Shown: positions 1-8,467 of the stretch, one piece after another | How the letters are laid out: each line of letters starts with the position of its first letter | How positions within the stretch are numbered: position 1 is the first letter of the stretch | Source: an uncultured Bacteroidales bacterium | Lineage (GTDB): Bacteria > Bacteroidota > Bacteroidia > Bacteroidales > F082 | DNA length: 64,000 nucleotides | Direction: 5' to 3' | NCBI GenBank assembly: GCA_946402445.1 | Contig: CAMIWN010000008.1 | Location: 11,836-75,835 of the forward strand | Made by a program: the position numbers and the translations under genes | The notes under the pieces: generated by a model | What the model was told of the DNA's origin: nothing | The model's input: only the letters and a program-made list of their open reading frames with translations | Databases searched by the model: none

Positions 1-25
1 CAAATAGGCACGTAAATTCTCATTT

Positions 26-1234
26 ATGGAAGAGTGGAAGTTGACAAAGATTGGTTCTATCTGTAAGAAGGTGTGCAGTGGAGGTACTCCAAAGAGTACT
101 GTGAAGGAGTATTATGGTGGAGGAATACCATGGCTTAATACAAAGGAAGTTCATTTCAATAGGATATATTCTACGGAGTCGACAATTACGTACAATGGCT
201 TAAACAACTCTGCTGCAAAATGGATTGAAGCGAATGCTGTTATTATTGCTATGTATGGTGCTACGGCAGCTAAATGCGCCATTGGAATGATTCCTATGAC
301 AACAAATCAAGCCTGCTGTAATCTGATGATTGACGAGAAAAAAGCCGACTACCGATTTGTTTATTATGCCATTGCAAATTCATATTCAATTCTCGCTTCA
401 TTATCAAATGGTGGTGCTCAACAAAACTTAAATGCCCAGGTGATTAAAGACTTTGAAATATTGCTCCCGTCATTGGTTATTCAGAAAAGGATTGCTGATG
501 TGTTATCTACTTTGGATGACAAAATCGAATGCAATAGTCGGATAAATGATAATTTAGAGCGCCAAGCTCAATCAATCTATAAGTCTTGGTTCGTTGATTT
601 TGAGCCTTTTATGGATGGTGAATTTGTGGAGAGTGAAATGGGGATGATACCGAAGGGGTGGAGAGTGGGAGCACTTTCAGAGATAGCGAATATCACAATG
701 GGAACATCACCGTCAGGTTCTAGTTATAATGTGACAGGAGAAGGAGATGTCTTTTATCAAGGACGTGCCGAATTTGGGTTCAGGTTTCCTAAAAGAAATA
801 TGTACACCACAGAAGCAAAAAGATTTGCTGACATTGATAACGTTTTGTTGAGTGTAAGGGCTCCTGTAGGTGACATTAATGTTGCAGAAGAGAGGTGCTG
901 CATTGGCCGAGGTTTAGCGTCCGTACAATCGAAGGACGACAATAATTCATTTATGCTCTATTTGATGCAATACTTACGACCTGTATTTGATAGATTTAAC
1001 GGAGAAGGAACTGTTTTCGGATGTATCAATAAGAAAGCATTGGAAGATTTGCCCGTCATTATTCCTGATAAGGAAACCATGGGCGGGTTTGATGATGTTT
1101 GTAATAAAATGGATGGCCAGATAAAAACACTTGATCAGGAATCCCGCAGCCTCGCCCAGCTCCGCGACACGCTGCTGCCCCGCTTGATGTCAGGTGAACT
1201 GAAAGTAAACGAAATAGAAAGGACTGTAGGATGA
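26..1234 (+). CDS. hsdS: Type I restriction-modification specificity subunit HsdS (two target-recognition domains)
   Basis: 402-aa ORF. Conserved S-subunit helices (LPSLVIQKRIADVLSTLDDKIE... centrally, ...SLAQLRDTLLPRLMSGEL at the C-terminus) separate two variable TRDs. Its stop overlaps the next start (ATGA at 1231-1234), and hsdR lies downstream. hsdM is presumably upstream of the window. Confidence 0.85.
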   Translation: MEEWKLTKIGSICKKVCSGGTPKSTVKEYYGGGIPWLNTKEVHFNRIYSTESTITYNGLNNSAAKWIEANAVIIAMYGATAAKCAIGMIPMTTNQACCNLMIDEKKADYRFVYYAIANSYSILASLSNGGAQQNLNAQVIKDFEILLPSLVIQKRIADVLSTLDDKIECNSRINDNLERQAQSIYKSWFVDFEPFMDGEFVESEMGMIPKGWRVGALSEIANITMGTSPSGSSYNVTGEGDVFYQGRAEFGFRFPKRNMYTTEAKRFADIDNVLLSVRAPVGDINVAEERCCIGRGLASVQSKDDNNSFMLYLMQYLRPVFDRFNGEGTVFGCINKKALEDLPVIIPDKETMGGFDDVCNKMDGQIKTLDQESRSLAQLRDTLLPRLMSGELKVNEIERTVG

Positions 1235-2106
1235 CTAAGAAATCAATACGCTTCTATAACGACTACGAGGTCCGAGCTGTTTGGGACGAAAAGAACAGCA
1301 AATGGTGGTTCTCGGCTACCGACATTGTGCGGGCCATCAACGACGAAGAGGACTACAAGAAAGCCGGCAATTACTGGCGTTGGCTGAAAAAGAAACTGAC
1401 AGCCGAAGGCGTTCAACTCGTGAGTGTCACTCACGAGTTCAAATTCCAGGCTCCCGACGGTAAACAACGTGCCGCCGATGCCTTGGACGCCGAGTGTGTG
1501 CAGACCTTGGCCAAACACTATCCCAACAACCGCGCCAGCGCTTTCCTCGACTGGTTCGTCTATAGCGACAATACCATCGACGGGCAAAGCAAAAAGAAGG
1601 CATATACCCTCGTCGAAAGCGGCTTGCTCGACAGCATGAAGCCCGGCACCATAGAGTGCCTCAGGCAAATTCATGCCTACCTCTTCGGTGGCCTCTACGA
1701 CTTCGCAGGAAAGATTCGCACCAAGACCATATCAAAGGGCGGCACGGTTTTCTGTAGGGCGGAATACCTGATGCAGAACTTGGAAAGCATCGAAAAGATG
1801 CCCGAAACAACCTTCGACGAGATTGTGGATAAATATGTGGAAATGAACATGGCGCATCCCTTTATGGAAGGCAATGGTCGTTCAACCCGCCTCTGGCTCG
1901 ACCTTATCTTCAAGAAGCAACTGAAACTCTGCGTCGATTGGAGCAAGATCGACAAGAAGGATTATCTGGATGCCATGCACCGCAGCACAACGGATGCCAC
2001 CCGCATCAAAGCCTTGCTGAGGCAGGCGATGACCGACCAAATCGACGATCGCGAAATCTTTATGAAGGGCATCGACTATTCCTATTATTACGAACAGGAG
2101 GACTAA
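1231..2106 (+). CDS. Bro-N-like DNA-binding domain fused to a Fic-family AMP-transferase
   Basis: 291-aa ORF. The N-terminal ~110 aa resemble the Bro-N/antirepressor family (IRFYNDYEVRAVWDEKNSKWWFSATDIVRAI). A canonical Fic motif, HPFMEGNGRSTR, is at nt 1855-1890. The C-terminal SYYYEQ (nt 2080-2097) is one residue off the inhibitory-helix motif (S/T)xxxE(G/N). Confidence 0.8.
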   Translation: MTKKSIRFYNDYEVRAVWDEKNSKWWFSATDIVRAINDEEDYKKAGNYWRWLKKKLTAEGVQLVSVTHEFKFQAPDGKQRAADALDAECVQTLAKHYPNNRASAFLDWFVYSDNTIDGQSKKKAYTLVESGLLDSMKPGTIECLRQIHAYLFGGLYDFAGKIRTKTISKGGTVFCRAEYLMQNLESIEKMPETTFDEIVDKYVEMNMAHPFMEGNGRSTRLWLDLIFKKQLKLCVDWSKIDKKDYLDAMHRSTTDATRIKALLRQAMTDQIDDREIFMKGIDYSYYYEQED

Positions 2107-2108
2107 CT

Positions 2109-5100
2109 ATGTCAGACTACAACGAAGACCATTACGAGCAGACACTCATCGAGTTGTTCACCCAGCGGTTGGAATACAACTACCTCAACGGCTACGACAT
2201 CCAGAACAGCTTCGAGGATAAGGACTATTACTGCCCGCTCTATCTCGAACGCCTGCGCGAGAAGTTGAAAGACATCAATCCTTCGCTTCCCAAGTCGGCC
2301 ATCGATGAGGCAGAACGCAAACTGCTCCACATCGAAGCCGGCAACATGGTGCAGAACAACGAGCTTTTCATGGATTACCTCCAGCATGGTGTGGAAGTCA
2401 CCTTCCACAACGGTCATGAGCTGAAAAACGACATCGTGTATCTGGCAGACTATAAGAACGCCGCCAACAACGACTTCCTTCTGGTCAACCAGTGGACCTA
2501 CGTGGAGAAGTCGAAGAAACGCGCCGACCTCATCCTCTTCCTCAACGGTCTCCCCATTGTGCTGATGGAGCTGAAGTCGCCTTCACGCGAAGAGACCGAC
2601 GCCAGCGCCGCCTATCGCCAGCTGAAGAACTATATGAAGGAAATCCCCACCATGTTCACCTATAATGTCTTTTGCGTGATGAGCGACATGGCCGAGTCAA
2701 AGGCAGGCACCATCACATCGAGCGAAGACCGCTATATGCAATGGAAGTCCAAGGATGGCGTGTACGAAAGCACAGAGGTCGTCGACTACGACGTGTTCTT
2801 TGAAGGCATGTTCCGCAAAGACCGCCTCATCGATATCATCAAGAACTTCGTTTGCTACTGCAAAGACGAAGGCAAAGACTATAAAATCTTGGCGGGCTAC
2901 CACCAGTATTTCGCCGTCAACAAAGCCATCCAGCGCACGCGCAATGCCGTCACTGGCGATGGCAAGATTGGCGTGTTTTGGCACACACAGGGCAGCGGCA
3001 AGAGCCTCTCGATGGTGTTCTATTCTCATTTGCTCCAGTCGGCCGTATCACAGCCCACCATCGTGGTCATCACCGACCGCAACGACCTCGACAACCAACT
3101 TTATGGTCAGTTCGCTAAGTGCCAGGACTTTCTGCGTCAGAAGCCTCTGCAAGCCACCACAAGGGAACATCTGCGCGAGCTGCTTGAAGGACGCACGGCC
3201 AACGGCATCATCTTCACCACCATGCAGAAGTTCGAGGAATACGATGCGCCCTTGTCCACCCGCCGCAATATCATCGTGATGAGCGACGAGGCACATCGTG
3301 GCCAGTACGGCTTCGAAGAAAAAGTGGATCCTGTGACAGGTAAGGTGAGCGTCGGTACAGCCCGACTGATACACGACTCCTTGCCGAACGCCTCTTTCAT
3401 CGGCTTCACGGGTACTCCAGTGGCGCTGAAAGACCGCAACACCATTGAAGTCTTCGGCGACTACATCGATGTTTATGACATGACCCAGAGTGTACTCGAC
3501 CACGCCACCGTGCCAGTCTATTACGAGAGCCGTGTCATCAATCTGAAGCTCGACGAAGAAACCTTGAAGCTCATCGATCAAGAATATGAACTTTTGGAGA
3601 TGGAAGGTGCAGATGCCAGCCAAATTGAGAAGAGCAAGCGCGACCTGTCCCATCTCGAAGAGCTGTTGGGTGCCGATTCCACCATAGATTCCTTGGTTCA
3701 GGACATCCTCAGCCACTACGAGAACTACCGCGAGCAAGAGCTGACAGGCAAGGCCATGATAGTTGCCTACAGCCGTCCCATTGCCATCAAGATATACAAG
3801 CGTCTGCTGCAACTGCGTCCCACTTGGACCGAGAAGGTCAAATGTGTGATGACCAGCGGCAACAACGACCCCGAGGAGTGGCGCGACATCATCGGCAACA
3901 AGCAGTACAAGCAAGAGCTGGCCAAGAAGTTCAAGGACGATGACGACCCGATGAAGATTGCCATCGTCGTTGATATGTGGCTCACAGGCTTCGATGTACC
4001 CAGCCTCGCCACCATGTATGTCTTCAAGCCGATGAGCGGCCACAACCTCATGCAAGCCATCGCTCGCGTCAATCGTGTCTTCAAAGGCAAGGAAGGTGGT
4101 CTGGTGGTCGATTACATCGGCATCGCGCAAGCCTTGAAACAGGCCATGAAATTCTACACCAGCAACGACCGCCAGAAGTTCGGCGACCCCAACATCAAGA
4201 CCACCGCTCTGCAAAAGTTCCAGGAAGAATTGGAAATCTGCCGCGACCTCATGCACGGCTTCGACTACTCGAAGTTCAGGGATGCTTCCGACTTGAAGCG
4301 TGCCGAGCTTATCAAGGGCGGCACCAACTTCTTGTTGGCCATCGAGCGACAGGATAAGAAGAACGACTTCATGAAGCACGCCACCTTGTTGCATCAGTCC
4401 ATCACCTTGTGCCGTAGCCTTTTGACCGACTCGCAACGATGGGAAAGTGCCTATTTCGAGACCGTCCGCGTGATGCTCATGCGTCTGAATGGCAAAGGAA
4501 AGATAACCAAAAAGGACATCGACGAGCGTGTTCGTGAGCTGATGAAGCAAAGCGTAAAGAGTGAGGGCGTCATCAATCTCTTTCAGAATGAAGGCAAAGA
4601 TTTCTCGCTCAATGATCCGGCTTTCCTCGAAGAGCTTTCAAAGATGAAAGAGAAGAACATCTCCATCCAGATTTTGGAGAATCTGCTGAAGGAGAAGGTG
4701 AAAGCCTTCCAACACAAAAACCTGGTACAAAGCGAGAAATTCTCCGAGCTGTTAAACAACGCGCTGAGTAATTACCTGAAAGGCATGCTTACCAATGAAG
4801 AGGTCATCCAAGAGTTGCTGAAGCTCGCCTCACAAATTAAGGAAACCGAGCAACAAGGCAATGACCTTGGCCTCAACGATGAGGAAAAAGCCTTCTACGA
4901 TGCCCTGTCGCGTCCGCAGGCCGTAAAGGATTTCTACGAGAACGACACATTAGTTGAGATGACCAAGGAGTTGACAGAAGCCTTACGCAAGAACCGCACC
5001 ATCGACTGGCAGCACAAAGAGTCAGCTCGTGCCGGAATGCGCAAGATGGTGAAGCGTCTGCTAAAGAAATACAAATATCCGCCCGAGGAAGCCAAAAGTG

Positions 5101-5246
5101 CCCTCGAAATTGTCCTGAAGCAATGCGAGGAATGGTCCGACGACGAAGACACCGCAACTGTCCTACATACACCCATTTTATATCCAATCTACGAAGAAAA
5201 TCATCGTATGCCTATGGCGGCTGAGTCTATTGAACACTACCAGTAG
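2109..5246 (+). CDS. hsdR: Type I restriction endonuclease subunit HsdR
   Basis: I place the start at ATG 2109 (MSDYNEDHYEQ...), 2 nt after the Fic stop. The track ORF start at 1938 overlaps fic out of frame. SF2 helicase motifs are present (HTQGSGKS Walker A, MSDEAH box). Size of ~1045 aa is typical for HsdR. Confidence 0.9.
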   Translation: MSDYNEDHYEQTLIELFTQRLEYNYLNGYDIQNSFEDKDYYCPLYLERLREKLKDINPSLPKSAIDEAERKLLHIEAGNMVQNNELFMDYLQHGVEVTFHNGHELKNDIVYLADYKNAANNDFLLVNQWTYVEKSKKRADLILFLNGLPIVLMELKSPSREETDASAAYRQLKNYMKEIPTMFTYNVFCVMSDMAESKAGTITSSEDRYMQWKSKDGVYESTEVVDYDVFFEGMFRKDRLIDIIKNFVCYCKDEGKDYKILAGYHQYFAVNKAIQRTRNAVTGDGKIGVFWHTQGSGKSLSMVFYSHLLQSAVSQPTIVVITDRNDLDNQLYGQFAKCQDFLRQKPLQATTREHLRELLEGRTANGIIFTTMQKFEEYDAPLSTRRNIIVMSDEAHRGQYGFEEKVDPVTGKVSVGTARLIHDSLPNASFIGFTGTPVALKDRNTIEVFGDYIDVYDMTQSVLDHATVPVYYESRVINLKLDEETLKLIDQEYELLEMEGADASQIEKSKRDLSHLEELLGADSTIDSLVQDILSHYENYREQELTGKAMIVAYSRPIAIKIYKRLLQLRPTWTEKVKCVMTSGNNDPEEWRDIIGNKQYKQELAKKFKDDDDPMKIAIVVDMWLTGFDVPSLATMYVFKPMSGHNLMQAIARVNRVFKGKEGGLVVDYIGIAQALKQAMKFYTSNDRQKFGDPNIKTTALQKFQEELEICRDLMHGFDYSKFRDASDLKRAELIKGGTNFLLAIERQDKKNDFMKHATLLHQSITLCRSLLTDSQRWESAYFETVRVMLMRLNGKGKITKKDIDERVRELMKQSVKSEGVINLFQNEGKDFSLNDPAFLEELSKMKEKNISIQILENLLKEKVKAFQHKNLVQSEKFSELLNNALSNYLKGMLTNEEVIQELLKLASQIKETEQQGNDLGLNDEEKAFYDALSRPQAVKDFYENDTLVEMTKELTEALRKNRTIDWQHKESARAGMRKMVKRLLKKYKYPPEEAKSALEIVLKQCEEWSDDEDTATVLHTPILYPIYEENHRMPMAAESIEHYQ

Positions 5247-5273
5247 GATGGCTTTTGAACAAAATAAGATTTT

Positions 5274-5305
5274 AAAAAAACCGACGGTTTTCTGTCGGTT
5301 TTTTT
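5274..5305. terminator. Rho-independent (bidirectional-looking) terminator after hsdR
   Basis: A7 run, stem CCGACGG, loop TTTT, stem CTGTCGG (7 bp, one G-U), then a T7 run. It begins 28 nt after the hsdR stop. Confidence 0.7.
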
Positions 5306-5358
5306 ATGTCCCCAACAATAAAATAATTAAATAGGAGTTATTTTTTCTGACAAAAGCC

Positions 5359-5366
5359 TAATTTTG
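5359..5366 (+). promoter_or_regulatory. Bacteroidetes -7 box (TAnnTTTG) for the Bat operon
   Basis: TAATTTTG lies 63 nt upstream of the moxR ATG. Confidence 0.5.
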
Positions 5367-5428
5367 CACGCTTTTTGACGACGCGCACCCGCGTCAATTG
5401 ATTAACTGAACAACTAATCAACTCAAAT

Positions 5429-6421
5429 ATGATTGAAACTGACATTCGTGAATTGAACGAGAAAATCCAGCGTGAGAGCCAATTCTTGGACTTGATTAAC
5501 CTGGAGATGAACAAGGTCATCGTCGGACAGAAACAGATGACCGAACGTTTGCTGATTGGCCTCCTTGCTAACGGTCATATTCTTCTGGAAGGTGTCCCCG
5601 GCCTGGCTAAGACTCTCGCCATCAAGTCGATGGCGCAGGCTATTGATGCCGACTTCAGCCGTATTCAGTTTACTCCTGACTTGTTGCCTGCCGACCTCAT
5701 CGGCACTTTGATCTACAGCCAGAAGAAAGAGGAGTTTGTGACCCGCCGCGGCCCTATCTTCGCTAACTTCATCCTGGCCGATGAGATCAACCGTTCTCCC
5801 GCCAAGGTGCAGAGTGCCTTGCTCGAAGCCATGCAGGAACATCAGGTCACCATCGGAGACGAGACCTTCAAACTGCCGGATCCTTTCCTCGTCATGGCTA
5901 CTCAAAACCCCATCGAGCAAGAAGGAACCTATCCGCTGCCGGAAGCCCAGGTGGACCGTTTCATGCTTAAAGTCGTGATTAACTATCCCAAGAAAGAAGA
6001 AGAGAAATTGATCCTCCGTCAGAACATCTCCAACGCCGCCGCCAAGATCAACGCGGTGGTCAGGCCAGAGGACATCATCCGCGCCCGTGAGGTGTGCCGC
6101 GAGGTCTATCTCGACGAAAAAATCGAGAACTATATCACCGACATCGTGTTTGCCTCCCGTTTCCCGGAAGACTACAAGCTGAAGAAGTTCTCTAATATGA
6201 TCAGCTACGGCGGCTCGCCTCGTGCCACCATCAACCTGGCCCTGGCCTCCAAGGCTTACGCCTTCATCAAACGCCGTGGCTATGTCATCCCCGAGGATGT
6301 CCGTGCCGTCGCACATGACGTGCTTCGTCACCGTATCGGCCTGACCTACGAGGCAGAAGCCGAGAACGTCACCACCGAGGAAATTATCAACGAAATATTG
6401 AATACCGTCGAAGTCCCGTGA
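5429..6421 (+). CDS. moxR: MoxR-family AAA+ ATPase (first gene of the Bat operon)
   Basis: Walker A GVPGLAKT and Walker B LADEINRSP, followed by ALLEAMQEHQVTIG. 330 aa. The equally long antisense ORF (5423-6430) is a shadow. Confidence 0.9.
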   Translation: MIETDIRELNEKIQRESQFLDLINLEMNKVIVGQKQMTERLLIGLLANGHILLEGVPGLAKTLAIKSMAQAIDADFSRIQFTPDLLPADLIGTLIYSQKKEEFVTRRGPIFANFILADEINRSPAKVQSALLEAMQEHQVTIGDETFKLPDPFLVMATQNPIEQEGTYPLPEAQVDRFMLKVVINYPKKEEEKLILRQNISNAAAKINAVVRPEDIIRAREVCREVYLDEKIENYITDIVFASRFPEDYKLKKFSNMISYGGSPRATINLALASKAYAFIKRRGYVIPEDVRAVAHDVLRHRIGLTYEAEAENVTTEEIINEILNTVEVP

Positions 6422-6445
6422 TTTACCCACAGGAACAGAAAGAGA

Positions 6446-6479
6446 ATTTATAATTAAGAATTAAGAATTTAGAGGGAGC
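6446..6479 (+). repeat. Heptamer array ATTTATA-ATTAAGA-ATTAAGA-ATTTAGA followed by GGGAGC
   Basis: Read directly from the sequence. The same architecture recurs at 12150-12183, 14086-14106 and 53643-53668, and inverted at 53677-53702 and 34984-35014. Confidence 0.8.
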
Positions 6480-6486
6480 TACCCCG

Positions 6487-6587
6487 TTAGGGGTTTAACC
6501 TCGGTAGAAACCCTGGGTAGAACGCTCCCCCTCTCCACTGTGGAGAGGGGGTTGGGGGGTGAGGTTAGGGGTTTAATCTCGGTAGAA
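6487..6587. repeat. G-rich palindromic element flanked by 23-nt direct repeats
   Basis: TTAGGGGTTTAACCTCGGTAGAA (6487-6509) and TTAGGGGTTTAATCTCGGTAGAA (6565-6587) differ at 1 of 23 positions. They flank the inverted repeat CCCCCTCTCCAC / GTGGAGAGGGGG (about 6527-6551). The element sits in the moxR-DUF58 spacer. Confidence 0.75.
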
Positions 6588-6590
6588 TGA

Positions 6591-7469
6591 ATGGAAGCAA
6601 ACGACATTTTTAAAAAGGTAAAAAAAATCGAAATCAAGACGCGAGGGCTGTCGAACCACATCTTCTCGGGTCAGTACCATAGTGCCTTCAAAGGACGTGG
6701 CATGACCTTCAGCGAGGTGCGCGAATACGAGTATGGAGACGACATCCGCAACATCGACTGGAACGTCACCGCTCGTTTCAACAAGCCTTTCGTCAAAATC
6801 TTCGAGGAAGAGCGTGAGATGACCGTGATGCTGCTCATCGACGTGTCTGGCTCTAACGACTTTGGCTCGCGTGAGCAGTCGAAACGCGACCTCACCGCTG
6901 AGCTCGCAGCTGTGCTGGCGTTTTCCGCCATCCAGAACAACGACAAAGTCGGTGTCATCTTCTTCAGCAGCAAAATCGAGAAGTTCATCCCGCCCAAGAA
7001 AGGCAGCACTCATATCCTTCGTATCATCCGTGAAATCGTTGACTTCAAAGCGGAGGAACATGGCACTGATATCGGCGAAGGACTGCGTTTCCTCACTTCT
7101 GCCATCAAACGACGCACCACAGCCTTCTTGATTTCCGACTTCATGACTGCCAAGGACTTTGAGCAGGAGCTGCGTATCGCCGCTAATAAACACGACTTGG
7201 TGGCCTTGCGCATCACCGACCGCCGTGAGATGGAAATCCCGAGAGTGGGCCTGGTGAAGTTCAAAGACGCGGAGACAGGTCGTGAACGCTGGGTTGACAC
7301 TTCCAGCCGCGCCTGGCATGACGCCTATATTAAACTAATCACCCAGGAGTCCATGAAACTGAACCGTCTCTTTACCATGCAAGGTATCGACAACACCTTG
7401 ATTTATACCGATGAGGATTATGTGAAACCTTTGATGCAACTGTTCAAAAAGAGGGAGTCGAGACGATGA
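6591..7469 (+). CDS. DUF58-family protein (vWA-like partner of MoxR)
   Basis: 292 aa. It has the conserved DUF58 signature region (...YEYGDDIRNIDWNVTAR...) and a vWA-like LLIDVSGS motif. The position directly after moxR is canonical. Confidence 0.85.
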   Translation: MEANDIFKKVKKIEIKTRGLSNHIFSGQYHSAFKGRGMTFSEVREYEYGDDIRNIDWNVTARFNKPFVKIFEEEREMTVMLLIDVSGSNDFGSREQSKRDLTAELAAVLAFSAIQNNDKVGVIFFSSKIEKFIPPKKGSTHILRIIREIVDFKAEEHGTDIGEGLRFLTSAIKRRTTAFLISDFMTAKDFEQELRIAANKHDLVALRITDRREMEIPRVGLVKFKDAETGRERWVDTSSRAWHDAYIKLITQESMKLNRLFTMQGIDNTLIYTDEDYVKPLMQLFKKRESRR

Positions 7470-8467
7470 AAAGACTGTTTTTGATGATGACCCTGGTCTT
7501 GGGTCTTGTGACCTTCACCGTGGCACAAGAGGTTGAGGTCTCCGCCAAGGTTCAAGACGACCATGTGGCCGTGGGAAAGCCTTTCGCATTGGATTTGATG
7601 ATGAAGGTGCCATACGGCTATTACGTGGAATGGAACGAGTTCGCCACTGACACTTTGTCAGAGCAACTGGATATTTTGAAACGTGGTGAGATGCAACGCA
7701 CCGCCGATGCCGACAGTAACATCATCGTGCAGCAGCAACTCACCTTGATGACCTTTGACACCGGTTATGTGGAGATCCCCCGCATCGGACTGACCTACGC
7801 CAAGTCGGTAGAGGATCCTATGCGCATGAAAGCTTTTACCGATCCCGTACAATTGTACTCGACCACCATCACGGTGGATACCACTCAGGCGTTTCGCCCT
7901 CTCGTGGAGCCTATCTCTCAGCCGGTGAGGATGAAGGAGGTCTTTCCGTGGATTTTGGGTGTCCTGTTAGCTGTGTTGGCTGGAATTGCCGTGTGGTTTT
8001 TCTGGAAACGCCGCAAGCCTCGGATTGGTGAAGACGGCCAGCCTGTCAAAGGACCAGTGATCCCGCCTTATAACAAGGCCATCGGCGACTTGACACAACT
8101 GGGTCAACAGAAACTGTGGCAGTCGGGAAAGGTCAAGGAATACTACTCATCGCTGTCCGACATCGCGCGAGAATACATCGAGGGACAGTTCGGCGTCAAC
8201 GCCGTGGAGATGACCACCGACGATATCCTGAAGGAAGTGCGTGACCTCCAGTTCAAAGAGTCGGTGTTCTCCAAGCTTAAAGACACCATGGAACTCTCGG
8301 ATCTCGTGAAGTTCGCCAAATACACAGCCTCGCCGCTGGAGAACGACAACGCCATGACGGATATGACCGACTTCGTGAATGAGAGCTATGCGCATTACCA
8401 AGCGCAGCAGGCCCAACAAGCCCAACAAGAAAAGGTAGAGGAGAAGGAGGCTCCAAGTCATGTTTGA
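7466..8467 (+). CDS. Hypothetical single-pass membrane protein of the Bat operon
   Basis: Signal peptide (MKRLFLMMTLVLGLVTFTVAQ), a central TM segment (VFPWILGVLLAVLAGIAVWFFW) and a Q/E-rich tail. ATGA overlap with the DUF58 gene, and an 8-nt overlap with batA. Confidence 0.6.
   Translation: MKRLFLMMTLVLGLVTFTVAQEVEVSAKVQDDHVAVGKPFALDLMMKVPYGYYVEWNEFATDTLSEQLDILKRGEMQRTADADSNIIVQQQLTLMTFDTGYVEIPRIGLTYAKSVEDPMRMKAFTDPVQLYSTTITVDTTQAFRPLVEPISQPVRMKEVFPWILGVLLAVLAGIAVWFFWKRRKPRIGEDGQPVKGPVIPPYNKAIGDLTQLGQQKLWQSGKVKEYYSSLSDIAREYIEGQFGVNAVEMTTDDILKEVRDLQFKESVFSKLKDTMELSDLVKFAKYTASPLENDNAMTDMTDFVNESYAHYQAQQAQQAQQEKVEEKEAPSHV

Noticed and set aside
1938-2108. N-terminal extensions in the ORF track. 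Affected ORFs: hsdR from 1938, batC from 10275, M23 peptidase from 24927, frr from 33082, 5'-nucleotidase from 42951, birA from 45900, NUDIX from 47505, Trx-like from 48769, PASTA from 31406, and the lipoprotein from 19053.
   Set aside because: The extensions overlap the upstream gene or a promoter. They precede an obvious signal peptide or conserved N-terminus. In several cases they contain the TAnnTTTG -7 box itself. Downstream ATGs were chosen instead.
3048-4550. A 500-aa ORF antisense to hsdR. Other long antisense ORFs are similar: 5423-6430, 10016-10672, 20886-21548, 23048-23860, 24002-24643, 48823-49677, 50509-51732, 51799-53130 and 60070-60897.
   Set aside because: Each lies fully inside a gene with unmistakable conserved motifs on the other strand (HsdR, MoxR, BatB, patatin, AlaS, SecA, SufD...). 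Their translations are low-complexity (rich in V, G, D, H, L) with no motifs. They are typical shadow ORFs of moderately GC-rich coding DNA.
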